Part shown: piece after piece, positions 15,531 to 28,137 of the stretch
Layout of the letters: every line of letters starts with the position of its first letter
How positions within the stretch are numbered: the stretch's first letter is position 1
Assembly: GCA_035084275.1 (NCBI GenBank)
Contig: CM068756.1
Coordinates: 6,138,001-6,202,000, forward strand
Length of the DNA: 64,000 nt
Reading direction: 5' to 3'
Source: Hydrolagus colliei
Lineage: Eukaryota
The notes under the pieces: generated by a model
Database searches by the model: none
What the model saw: the letters and a program-made list of their open reading frames with translations, nothing else
Told to the model about the DNA's origin: nothing
Program-made: the position numbers and the translations under genes

Positions 15531-17879
15531 ATATTTGGAACAGGAGGGATCCCAGTAGACCATGTATTGAAAATAGAACCCACAGTAGTAATATGACCCG
15601 GTTACGAAAACTTAACTAGTTCTAAACTAACAACTGCAGAAAGCTGACTCAATGCTTTGCTCCTGGGGTAAATCTGAAGTCCCACTATCTTTGTCATGTG
15701 GTTATTTCTTACCAGCTACATCCAGACGCAGCATTGGCAGGTAAGCTCAAAATATGACAATAGAGATGAGAATCCAGTAGAGGGGAAGAGGAGTTCAGAA
15801 AAGCAGAAATGAAAACTAGCAGCCAGCAACTGGAAATTGCCCAAGTTATTTTACTTAAACCAAAGTGGTGGCCTCACTGCCACTCACATTAACTCACAGC
15901 TGGATTTAACATGAGACATTACTGCCTACATTTTTGCTCCTAAAAAGTCAGTACACTTAACAATAAGTCATGCAAAGTCCTTTCATTCAATCAATCAATG
16001 TGTTTCGATACATAAGATGCTATAAAAATACAAGTTCCTTCTTGCTGAATCATATGGCTCAGTTCCACACTAGGGACTATGCTACAAGGGGGAGCTGGGG
16101 GAAAAAAATTAAACGCAGTTTTCCCAGTTTAAGGGACATGTCAGGTATGTTAGCAATGCTTGATGCCGCATGGCAATTAGGTGCAGAAACTGTTTCTAAT
16201 CAAGCCACGAAGATAGGACAAGTCTAAACAATATGTTGTACCTTATTGCTTAGCACAAACTTCCCGTTACATTACTGCACGCCAGCAGAATGCCAGCATC
16301 CCACCCTCGCTCTTAAATTGGAGAAACAGTAACATGTTTCCTGTCACCGGTTCTCAGCAGTCGATGCTTCCAGTTTAAATATAGCTGCTCATTTTGTGCA
16401 TTTTTTAAAAAAAACATTACACAGTTCAGAAGCAGTGACAAAACATGATCTGGTGGGGTGGCAGGTTTAAAATTCCATCAAAGGCTAGGTGAAATATGTT
16501 AACTTGCCAACCCTGCCTCCATGGCCCTTATACCCCTGTCTGCCCAGCACAGGCAATGCCAAGGGTCCAGGGCGTACCACTCCAGCTGAAGAATTGCTAA
16601 TTTGCTTCTTCAGATGTCTGAAATGGTCCCTTTGTTCAAAGGCGAATATGTCATGGGCCGCATATAGAACAGGGGGGGAGGGAGGGCGATGGAAAAACGA
16701 TTTAAGAAAAAAAACGGTGTTAATCTCTTCTAGCAATTCCTTTTTTTAATGTGACCTGTACTATTTTGCCGTGTAATGTTTTTTCAATGCACATTATATA
16801 CAATCAGTCTACAGTGAAGCAGTAATAGTACCCCCTTTGTTTTATTTTACGAGCATAAAAGGTGCCATCTAAAACAGCTCGCAGTTTCTTCTCATCTATT
16901 AGCTGGCAAAAAAAATAAATTTCCCTGATGAACAGTGAGATGGGTCACGTCTTTATCTACAGCCAGCTGGCAGATCCAGCCTTTTAATATGGCTGTTCCA
17001 ATTATTGTAAATGTCATTTTGTACCTTATAACTACAAATATTGACAGTTTATTGCACAATGCGCGTTTGTCAGATGAAGGTCATATCGTACACAATGCAC
17101 CATCTTTTCTTAAAGTACATCTGACTGAAAAACTAAAAGACACAATGTTCAATGGCATTGTGTGATATTTAAGCATCAATTTTAATCCTTGTTTAAAAAA
17201 AACAGAATGCGTCATTTCACATTTAAACTGAAGGGAGGGGGGGGTGGGGGGGAGAATTGATTTTTAACTAGTGGTCCTCACATTCACAACATTATTTTCA
17301 AAAGAATTTTTACGGCAGACGAAAACCAAATTAAAATGCACTCAAGTGGAAGTCACAACTTGTATTTTTGTTGTGAAGACATGACTACGACTGGATCATA
17401 TCCATATGGTTTGCCTGGCAACACAAAGACTGGCTGGGATTTTATTTAAAATTTACCTTATTGCAACAGCATTAACATAACCCCCAGTGTTACGCCAGTG
17501 TTAAAATAAGTTCCACTGCACTGATATGAAGAGAGAAAACAAGCACAATGCTGCCTAATCCTTTCCCCTCAAAGCAGGCAGCTGCATTATTGGAACCTTG
17601 CTTTCCTGCTGCGTAAACATACAGTAAAGTGATCCATAAATTGGCACGTATGGCAAATTGGTTTTAAGTGGCTTTTTGTTAAGTCGTATCATCCATATAA
17701 GACAGGACAGTAAATTTTCAAAAGGTAGGATGCTTTTACTTAATTGCTACTGGTAAGTCACCTTTCTTGGAAACTCTTAGGTTATTCCAGTTATTGCAAA
17801 TCTCCAGTATTGTACCGGGTGTCTCTTCCCTTAAGTATTTCTTTACACAGTCGGTTGTCAAAATACCATGTTCCAAAAA

Positions 17880-18060
17880 GCCTTAGGGACAGAATCAATT
17901 TGGATGCTTAAAAGGGAGACGGCTGGATAAATATTTGGGGAGTATGGGGTACGGGGAAAATGCAGAGAAATTAGATTAAAAAGATCTGTCATGATTTAAT
18001 AATGTGAGAGAACAGGCTTGATGGGCTGAAGGCAACTTTTTAGCCTTGCAAGCAAATTCT
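17880..18060 (+). mobile_element. CR1 3' end fragment
   Basis: aaaagggagacggctggataaatatttg...gggtacggggaaaatgcag...catgatttaataa..gaacaggcttgatgggctgaa. Confidence 0.65.
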
Positions 18061-19541
18061 ATAGGATTTTAATATTTTCCCAAATTGTTGAGAGGTTAAC
18101 AAAGACCAATGTTAACTGATCTATAGCCCTGATCCATGCTTCTTTTTTTTAACCTATTTCCACATTAGCTCTGCCAAATCAATTTGTGTTTTAATAGCTC
18201 CAACATAGTACGATAAGCCTGCCATTCGAAGAGATTGCCTGCTGTGGGGATTCTCTATGTTTAGTAATTCGGTTACACTGACCATCACACCGTACATTGT
18301 ATATACAGTACAGCACTCTCTCCCCTTGTTGCATCCCTCTAATTGAAGCTATAGGGTCATATTACTATCTCCCTCTCCCAAATACTATATCATCAGCATC
18401 TCTCTCCTATCAATCCATAATACAGTATGTCAGTATTGCACCACCTTAGCTGCATTGTAGACTCCAGGATAACTGTGCACCGAAGTTTCATAAAAACTTG
18501 TTCATAAGTAAAATTGTTTCCACTTGAATGGAAGTTTAGTAACAGAATATAGAAGGGTGAAATCTATACATGAACTAAGCAACATTTCATGCAGAACCTA
18601 CTCTAATTTGACTAGCTCTTTTGGGGATAAACTAGGAATTGTTTGTATAATTTAAAATAACACAGAGAGCGTGTCTTCGCCCTCATCTCTTCTCAGCAGG
18701 AAGCTTTGCACCCTTGCCAAAAATTATTAAACCAAATTTCATATTTAGCAAAGTCGATCCTAAATAGGTTTAGCTATATATGCATGATGTTCTGGAATGG
18801 AGAAACTGCGACATTATTGTGATTCCAGCAATTGTGCTGCATCATTCAAAGTCAATCGGTGAGAATTCCACCCAAAAATGGCCACTATTTTCAAGCCTGT
18901 GCCTTTTGTGACTGCTGCTTGTTGTGCCTGTATTATAGCCTATATTGGACTCAACCACCTACTGTGTGACGTACTTCATCAAATTGCCAAATAACAGCAA
19001 AGTTAAAAGCTTATCAATGTAGACTGAATGCTGTTTGCCAGTAATCATCACTGAATTTCCAGCCCAATAAACTTGCACGGATAATGCCCCCGATTGTTAA
19101 CCCTGACACTGCCGGCAGCTAACTCTGCACATCATGATGTCTCCTTGAGACAAACATTTCTGTTCATTGTCAGCTAACATCCCGACACTTAGAACAAATG
19201 CCAAGTTTACAGGAGTAAGCTGCTCAAACATCAAATATTGCTCCGTTACTGTCACATTAACAGCAATATAACTATAGAGAAAACCATGAACACAACTTAA
19301 ATAATAAAAAAAATTAATTAATCTGTTTCAATTTCTTTTTTTTCCTGATTATCCTTTAAATCCTTTGAATAATTTACAGTTATTTTGTTGTATTCTGCCA
19401 ATGTTGTATCTTATCTATCCATTTTTTTCCCTTGAGCTTTTCCCAACTGTTTGAAACCCATCCATTGCACATATCTTTTCTTGCCTGTCCATTCCCAGAC
19501 TATTGTTTACAGCAGAAACATTTGTTTTTAATATAGTGCAT

Positions 19542-19850
19542 GGAGTTCTATAGCTCAGTGGTTAGCGCACTCGCCTTACAAGCAAGAGACCTGGGTTTAA
19601 TTCCAGGTAGGGCGAAATCTTGGGCAAGTTTCCTTACTCCACATGCTTGATAACAATCCCTAAAAAAAAATATTAAGTTGGTCATTTCAGTTTAGACTGT
19701 TTGTGGGACACACTGAGTGCAATTGACTGCCGCATTTCGCCCATATATAAACAGTCAATTTACTTTACAGTATATTCTGTGAAGCACTTTGCAATGCCTA
19801 GATGTGAAAAGCGCTATATCAAATGAGAAGATTATTATTATTATTATTTT
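19542..19850 (+). mobile_element. Full-length tRNA-derived SINE (family A) with L2-like tail
   Basis: A box TAGCTCAGTGG and B box GGTTTAATTCC, body gggcaagtttccttactcc, tail gcgctatatcaaatg plus (ATT)n. Aligns by eye to 10268-10588 and 60076-60350. Confidence 0.9.
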
Positions 19851-19865
19851 CCACTGACTGTAAAA

Positions 19866-20143
19866 CTACCCCACCATCAGATGTCTGGGCTTCAGTGTTT
19901 CTGCCCCCATCCTCTGAAACTCCATCCTGGAATCCTTTGGCTCACCCCTTCTGCTGCCTCCTTCAAGATCCGTCTTAAGATCGCCCTCTGTAAACTTGCC
20001 TATGGTCTTCCTTCCATCCCTACTCACTCGCTCTCCACCCCTCTTCAATCCAACTTCTAGTTCATGTGTAAACCGTCGACCGTCCTTGGGAAGGTCTAAC
20101 CGACTTGAAAGGCATAATAAGTGCAATTTGTTGTGGTTGTTGT
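19866..20143 (+). mobile_element. L2 3' fragment adjacent to a SINE
   Basis: Pyrimidine-rich body (ctctgaaactcc, ccttcaagatccgtcttaaga) ending in cgacttgaaaggc..aagtgcaatttg(ttg)n. Confidence 0.75.
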
Positions 20144-20184
20144 AAAAGGTGTGAAAACATATCCATTTTCCTTCCCCCCCAACA

Positions 20185-20204
20185 CCACACACACACACAC
20201 ACAC
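20185..20204. repeat. (CA)n microsatellite
   Basis: Read directly. Confidence 0.9.
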
Positions 20205-21299
20205 GTTGAGGACAGAAACTCAACCACAGCACTTTTTCAAGAGTTAATCCTTCAATGTGTACATTGAACAACAAGTGTATGGAAAGAATTAGCCTTCACT
20301 GTTTGCCATAACATCCCTTTTTGGTAAAAAAATAAACTGCCCCCACGTATGTATTATGAGGTTAAACAGTTGTGTGGGAGTGATTGCAAAGATGTCATTG
20401 TGCAATTATTTTTGATCTACCTACCAGGAGAATAATGAAAGTGAAAAGGTTGCTTTGATGCTCTTCAGTGGGTCAGGAGACCCGCATCCTGCATCTTTGT
20501 ACAAGTGGCACTATTTGAAAAAAAATTATATAAAGGCATCTTGTCTAAAAATAAGACATAATACTGCACTGAGTCATATAACTAGCAGGATTTAGCTGCA
20601 TGACTCCATATAAAACACAACAATGGCTGTTGTTCTGTTCCGGTTGCTATGTGTAGCAAAGCATTTGATGCAAATTTATAATGGGATTTCCCATTCCAAG
20701 CACACCCATGGAAAGGTTTGCTATCTGTAGTGATGAGAACAAAATAGATAATGTAAATTTAGTTTTAATTTGAAGCTTTTGCTTCACATTTGAAACACAT
20801 AGCTATCACTGCAAAATGGTAAGAGTCACTCTTCCATTGCAGGCCAATTCTGAATTGAGAAAAGTATTTTCAACCTTTCAATATCTCAATATTGAGCCTT
20901 GTCTCGCCTGTTTAGCCAGTGCTGCAACCTGATTTATTTTCCCTGAGAATTTATTTGCGCATCTATGCTGAGGTTATTTTAAAGAGGGTGGCAAAAAAAA
21001 AAAACATTTCTATGGCTATTGTTGACCCTCTAGAGGTGACTGGGGCAGCCCCAGTCGTGATGCTGGAGCCAAACTGTTGCAATCTCTTTTCAAGGTTTTT
21101 GCATCTCAAACTTTCAAGGGAATAATAACTGCATTATTGAAAACATGAATTATCCTTAGCATTTCACTGCAGGCAATGACCACTGACTTGCCTTCTGCAA
21201 CAGGAACTTGCAAGATCGCAAGAGAGGTGCAGATGAAGATGAGCTTTGTTCCATTTTGATCTCACTCTTGCACCGTCGCCAGCTCATTGTTTTCCAATT

Positions 21300-21480
21300 A
21301 TATCATCGAGCTGTTTCTGATTTGAGCTAAGAACCTGTTAATTCCCCTCGGTTTAAAGAAATACTTCCTGGTGGTTGTCCTAAAATTGTTCTTTACAACC
21401 TTAAGATTGTACTCCCTCTTCCTGTTGTCTTGGCATAGCTGAGAGCTTTGCACATTGAGACATCCTCCAAATATGAAAGG
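21300..21480 (-). mobile_element. CR1 fragment
   Basis: Reverse translation DNRKREYNLKVVKNNFRTTTRKYFF (ORF 21298..21483) resembles the CR1 motif 'TRGH..KL....FR...RK.FF'. Confidence 0.6.
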
Positions 21481-22760
21481 CACGATGTAAAACAGAATAA
21501 ATTGTACTGCATTTTATTGCATTGTCTGAGTTTACTTTTTTAATAATATTTACATATAATAGCTCAATATGCTTCCTTCTGCAATGTCTTTAAAAAAATT
21601 AAATTAGCTTATCCAATTATTTTTAAATTTTGTCTCTCGCCAAAACACCCGTCAGCTTGGACCAGATGTAAGCTGCAGCTCTATCGATTGCACCATAGGG
21701 GCTGCCTAAGGCAGAGATATCTCTTTTCAGGGCTGAAGAGCCCTAGCTTATCCAGTCATACACCAGGTTTGACGAAAATGACCCTCAATGAAAAGCACCG
21801 AAGGAAAAGGCAAATAATAAGCTAGAAAATGGATTAATATTGAAAAGTGAAAATAGGAATTTACCAGAAATGTGAAACACCAGCTTGCCATCTAAGTTAT
21901 AATCTGTTCAACTCAAAAATGTGACAGATGTGTACAGTTTTGTTAAGTTCAGTGAGTTGTTTGCTCGATGTGCGCTTATAAATAACCGAATTGCAATTTT
22001 GAATTATAAATAGCTTCAAATTGTAAAAGTAGCTTTAGTTATGATAAGTGAAAAATGCATAAGAGTTAGCAAATGAACTTGAATAGCATTTAGCCCACAT
22101 CTGTGAATTCACTACATTGAGTGAAGCAGGGTAGAATTACTTCCAATGATTCCTCAGCAAGTCACATGAAGCATAACTGGTCCACTACACTAAGTTTATG
22201 GGATAAATTCTATGTAAATTTGCCAACACATTTGGTGCTGCGCTCTATGTTGTGAAACAAAGTGAATCTGTTCCATTGTTTGGTACAATTTAATATCTAT
22301 ATTGGTTCCATATGTCGACACACTTATTTTGACTTTATTTTGTAAGTGTAAAGAAGAGGCCTTTAGGAGCACGAAGGGATTCTGCTCAGAAAGTTTCTCT
22401 TTAAAAAAATCTCTGATTACTGCGTCACTGTTTATTTCACTTCAGAGTTGACTCAATAGTTATAAATAGCTGCCATTTGCAAATTGCAAATTGCCGTTAG
22501 TTCTACAGTGCCACATCTACACTGGTGGCACAGGTTCCTTCACAGTGGAGAAAGGGAGGCATTCCTTGAGTTTGTAGGCATCACATTACTGTTATCAGTT
22601 GTCCTGAAAAGCACCGCTTTCGAAGATTTAGGTTTACTTGCTGCATGAGATGTGTCCATTACACATATAAGTTATGGCAACAGCCACAGTGTTTTCCTCC
22701 TGTCCTATCACATTTTACTTGACCATGCCATTGGGCATCCTCCCACCCCCCCACCTCTGG

Positions 22761-22884
22761 CAATGCAACTCTCCCCCATCATTCCATTGGAGTGTCAGTT
22801 TAATCTATATGATTAAACTGGTGGGGCTTGAAGCCAAAAGCTTCTGACTCAGAAGCGAGAGTGGTATCACTGAGCCAGGCTGAA
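22761..22884 (-). mobile_element. DeuSINE-like 5' fragment
   Basis: ggagtgtcag...cttctgactcagaagcgagagtggtatcactgagccaggctga; homologous to 48005-48056. Confidence 0.7.
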
Positions 22885-22959
22885 ACGCTTTTCATTACAC
22901 TAAAGTTTTATAGTTAACCTGCTTATCAAGATGATAAAAATGCGGTATCCCTTCTGCTT

Positions 22960-23120
22960 ACAAGTCTAGATGTGGAATCAATTGGGAAATTCTAAAGGCC
23001 ACATAGATACTATAGAAATATGTTGGATATGAAGAAAAGGCAGCAAAATTTAGTTACAAAGATCTAATAAAATGATGAAAGCAGCGCAAGGCCTAACAGC
23101 CTATTCCTATTCCTAGCTCA
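22960..23120 (+). mobile_element. CR1 3' end fragment
   Basis: ggatatgaagaaaaggcagcaaaa...gatctaataaaatgatgaaagcagcgcaaggcctaacagcctattcctattcct. Confidence 0.55.
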
Positions 23121-23471
23121 CATTTATGGAAGTCTTTCGAATGTGCGTTGGACTCAACACTATTTATTCTTTGTTAAAACCTTTGGCTTGGGCACTTCCA
23201 AAACACCACAAATCTGCAAAGCTTGCTTTAGACCACCCAGAAAGCAATACTATGTGAATCAGGTATGAATCAGAGGTTTCCTGTTATTAATTCCTACAAT
23301 ACTGGAAGTGACATTGTATCATTCCAGCAATGGAAAGGGGCACAGAGGAAGATGCTAGAATGTTGGCTCGTTGTTAGTTATTTCTTGGTTTGTCACAGTA
23401 CCAGATCACACTGATCTATTTTGATTCCTCTGTAGTTAGATAGATGGATAAATTATTCGTTAGATATAGAT

Positions 23472-23700
23472 CCATTTCAGATCATTCAACCAGGTGCAGC
23501 TATTCTTAACCTTCCATTGCAGACCTAATTGTGTATTCAGATAGTGTGCAATGCCTACCATTATAACAAGAGGCTACACTTGTTTTGTGCAGTGCCAATC
23601 AATTTACCTTTATGATTTAACACTTCTGCCACAGTAAATTCTAGCTCTTCATCATTAAAATGAGTCTCCCTTCTGTATGACCTTTTACCAGCATTACTGC
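23472..23700 (-). pseudogene. Decayed Myb/SANT-like (Harbinger-type) DNA-binding ORF fragment
   Basis: RRETHFNDEELEFTVAEVLNHKGKLIG, then after stops and frameshifts W*.IA...RSAME(V)KNSCTWLNDLK. This fits the Myb_DNA-bind_5 pattern (F..EE...LV.EV......L.G...W..IA...R....KK.W.DLK). Confidence 0.5.
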
Positions 23701-24459
23701 TGCTGATGTCCTCCATTATGACTCTAACACTAACACTTTGAAGGCCCCTGTGCCAACTTTGCCCAATGCACAGTGCCACTTGATCATTGGTGTGCGCTAG
23801 CCCATGTCATGCAATACAATCTATACTGTAGAGTGTATCGAAAGGGTGCATTTCCATGCAGTTTGCATCACCATAAGGATAAAGGCAAAATTGAAATGTT
23901 AAGTGGAAAACATTCCTATATTTCTAGATAATGAATTGATCCACATAAGCCCCATATGCCAAGTATCTGGTGTGAGGGGCTAAATGCATTTCAGTCACTT
24001 GCGCCTCTTATTTTTTGAGAGGATGGCACTAGATTTGTCATCAAGAATATAGCTCTGGTCACAATTATGGAGACACAGGGAATAATGACTTGCCATCTAG
24101 CTATACACACACATTTTGAACTATCCACAGGTATGGGCTCCATAACATCATGATCAAAAACATTTGGCTATTTTTCTTTACTATTTATAATGGTGTTTTC
24201 AGCATCAATTCAGTGGAAAAATTGCATTGAATCAATGCTAAAAGTGTAGTATAAATGGTGCGTCAGTGAGTGGACTGTTGGAGTGTTTGTTGAAGCCTGA
24301 GACAGAATGTTCACCTGCCATGACAGTTAAAAAAAGGCTTCCCTTTGGGGTCTAATTTGTAGCGTTATATTGTGCTAATCAAAACCACAAGCGACCATAA
24401 GTATACCTAGACTATTTCATGCAAAATAAATGTCTTGAAGCACCATGTGAAAAGCATCT

Positions 24460-24620
24460 GGGTCTGAAGAGGGAATCAGACAGGTATATCAAAGATGAAG
24501 GCTTGTATGGTATGGGGATAGGCCAGGGTAGTGGGATTAAATGAATAGCTTGGTCTGAGAGATGGTCCATCTCTCAGATGGTCCGAATGGCTTCCCTCTG
24601 CTTAGCAAATTTCCATGACT
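24460..24620 (+). mobile_element. CR1 3' end fragment
   Basis: aagagggaatcagacaggtat...ggtatggggatagg..gggtagtgggattaa...gatggtccgaatggcttccctctg. Confidence 0.65.
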
Positions 24621-27600
24621 GTACAAGTACCGAGCAATTTATGGATTCCCTTAATTATGTAATGAACAACTAATGAAATGTGATATTTTTGCTAATAACA
24701 CTATTCAAGGTGTCTGTAATTCCTTCCTTGCACGTGCATAACACATGGTTAGAATAACCCACAAATTAGACCCCAGTACCACAGTGATGGCTGTGGACTG
24801 GGAATGCCAGCTCAAGGTACTGAATCCATTCAAATTTGAACCTGCCACGCTCCCGTTAAAAAGCTTGTACCGCATGTGCTAGGCTAAAACAAATCCTCCT
24901 TCAAACAGTTAGAATAACTGGCTGTACTCCCAACAGATGAAGAAATTATGATTTAAAGCAGATGAAAGAGACAGTATTGAGTTCTATTGTTTATTAGCTT
25001 CTATTTTTAACAAACAATATCCAAGCAATCTTTATTTTATTCACTTCAGGCATTTTATGTGGTCCAACGAGTTTGAATTAATTTAATTACAGAAAGGAAT
25101 AGAGTGCTAAGAAAAATACTTATTGAAAATACTGTATCTTTGTGTTTTGCAGAAATAACATGAAGGATTGTTTTAGTACATAGGATCAAACAGGAATAGA
25201 ATTTTGCTATTGTTAATTGATAAGAACAATTAAAATGGGACCTTACGCTAAACAAAATGTAGTGGATCTCTATGTTTTTCTCTCAACTATGACCGAATAC
25301 TGTAGTAACTTGAAGTGAAAAAGCCCCCCTCAAATTTCACTTAAGTCGATCAAGCCATCTGGGGAAAAATAGATAAACATCAATCAGCTTCCTTGTCTGA
25401 GATATCACTGCAATGTCACTGAGAGTGAGTCGACTCACAAAATAATCCTTTCACTCACCAAAAGCAATATCAGAAGTTATTACTTTTTAAGTCTGTAACA
25501 AATGGACAATTTTAGCTAATGGAGAAACGGTAACAAAAGGCAAATGGCTTTTACTTAAGGCTAAACCGGACACATGACTGTATGTTGGAACTGTACGTTC
25601 ACTGCGCAGACAGGAAACAATGAAAGCCTGCATCAGCCACACCCTGTTTGTATTAATTGTTAAAGAGCAGCAGCTCTCTCTCTTCCAGTGGCGCCCTGCA
25701 ATAATGCTTTGCCGTTAAATCATTTTGTGGTTTTGATGCTGCAATTTAAAAAGCATTCGATTATTCTGATGTTTGCACATGACCTGCCAACCACTGGTAA
25801 CATGTTCAAGCTTTTGTGCACATACAAAATATGGGGAAAAAAAACCTAAAAAATGTTAAAAATGATGACATCATTTCAAATGAGTAAGCTCTTAGAAATG
25901 CACCCTGAGGGGTTTTATTTCCTTACTCAAGAGCAACATAACACCATCCGGCTGATGTGCTGTTCTCTTGTTTTTGGAATGAAGCCATCTTTGTGAACGC
26001 CTGGTTCATGCAAGTTAATCAATTTGAGGTTTACTTACACTGCTGAGGTTTGCATTCTATAAATTGGTATAAAGCCATTCCAACTTGTAAAATGTATTAA
26101 CCGAATACCAATTGCCCTTAAACATTCGCACATTATGCCATCCCTCTATCTGATAAAAATACCAAATGCAATTTCAGATCCAAGTTCTTCAGTAGTTGAT
26201 TTATTGCACGGAACTTTAATGTAGCCCATCTACAGATGCTGGTAGCTGTACTTTTCAAATGGTTTACACAAGGGATCACTCGCCCTCATTGGTATCACAG
26301 CAACCAATGTAGCCCAAAGAAAACATTTGATTTTTTTTTAACAGAGCATAGTATACACTTTACTGTTACGGTTTTGTTTTTTTGACCTGTATGGCAAAAC
26401 AGTTTACTATGCAAGGTTTTTGCAAGATGAAATAGATGTAAAGTGTATTACATATAAGGATTCTGAGTAAACAGGAGCACCAGATGTTCTTTGATGTTAA
26501 TAATGGCATTTATTATTAATATTAATTAGACTGCATTCAGAAATACATTTGGGCCATTTCCAAGTCAATTAACCAAAACGACATTCGGGAAATATTCTGA
26601 GCGACATTTTAAGGCAGGTGTTCTGCAGTCGCTATGAAGACCATTTTGCAGATTCAAAAACTGCAGTCATTGCTAACGGTATACTTTGGTTTAGTTAAGT
26701 GGTATTGCTGCATTTTGAAATGTAAACATTTATTCATATTTTATGTGGTTTACAGTAGCGGCACTGCGAATGGATCTTTGTTTTATATTTTCAGCACAAG
26801 GCAGTACCATTCTCAGCTACATTAACAAGCTGTACAATTATTTATCAACAACATGCTTTGGATGGTATATTTATGCTACAGTGCACTTTTCACTGCTGAA
26901 AATTAATGAACATGCCTCTCACACAACACACAAGCACCTGAGCTGCCAGAAAGATAATCCGAATTCATTTTTAATACTGTACGCTTGGGTGACATCATTT
27001 TAGTTTTGATTTTGAACAACCTGGTTTTAAGCCAGTGATCGCAGAAAATGGGATTGACAAACTATAAAAATAACCCTTTTTACAGGTGTTTTTGAGATGT
27101 TACTTCTGTAATATATAGATTTCTATATATATGTTTAGAATCAATTTATATACCTATAGTTTCATTCCTGATATAGCTTATTTTCTGTTTTTAATGATGT
27201 CTTTGTTTGGGAAGCTTAGCATTTTCAGAATGCATGCTAATTACTCCCTGATCAAATGATGCATAAAAGGCCCCTTCTGATGGGCAATTCATCGATTTCC
27301 CCTGCCACTATCCCACTATCTGCCGAGGTACAGAGAAGGAGCTAAGTAAATAATGATAAATATAACAAGCATGCAGAAATAATCGAGTCAGATTTTCCCT
27401 AAATTTACTGTAGTCAATCTGTTCCAGCCGAGGGACAAGAAAGAGCATTTTGCTACACAGCAGACAATGTAACTCAACAGAATATATAAGAAATGGTAAT
27501 GTATTGTGGCTTGGTGCTGTAGCCTGTTAGCACTGCAGTCTCACACAGTGCTTTTCACTCGTGTGCATCTGATCCAATTCTTGCCTATCAAGTGAAGATA

Positions 27601-28137
27601 AAGATTTTCCATCTCAAATCAATGTTAACATTTAAAGGTAAAATGATTTCTGGCAGGCCGGACTGACTCCGCTTTAATCTTTAAAACACAAACCCATCCA
27701 AAGTGAGCCTGTGTATCCAACATGGCAGCTTCAGCTCAGAAAGCAAAAGACACATAGGGTGGAGCAAGCAAACTAACCCGATGGTTCAGCGTGACATTTG
27801 CTTTCTCGCAAAACAAGACAATGTATTGCAAAGCGCATTGAGGTTGATTGCAGCATCTTTCCAAAGCATTTCAATGATGCTTCTTCATAATCCAATCAAT
27901 TTTAAATCAATAAATCCAAACCTTTAAATCATACAATCTTGGATCTTTTCAACACAGAAGGTTAGTTACCCCATTGGGCCCTTGCCAGCTACCTGTAAGA
28001 GCAAAACAAATTTCCCCATAGCCTTTCATATTTTTCCTTCTCAGGTATTTGTTTAATTCTTTGTAAAAAATCTATTATATATTCGACTTCAATCACCAAT
28101 ATCTCATCTGGGCCAAAATCTGCCAGGTGACAAAATC

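Noticed and set aside
19542-19615. tRNA gene
   Set aside because: The A/B boxes continue into a SINE body and tail found in several copies; there is no intact cloverleaf or terminator.
27500-27700. Possible LF-SINE-like fragment
   Set aside because: Similarity to the recalled consensus is too degraded to support without an HMM search.
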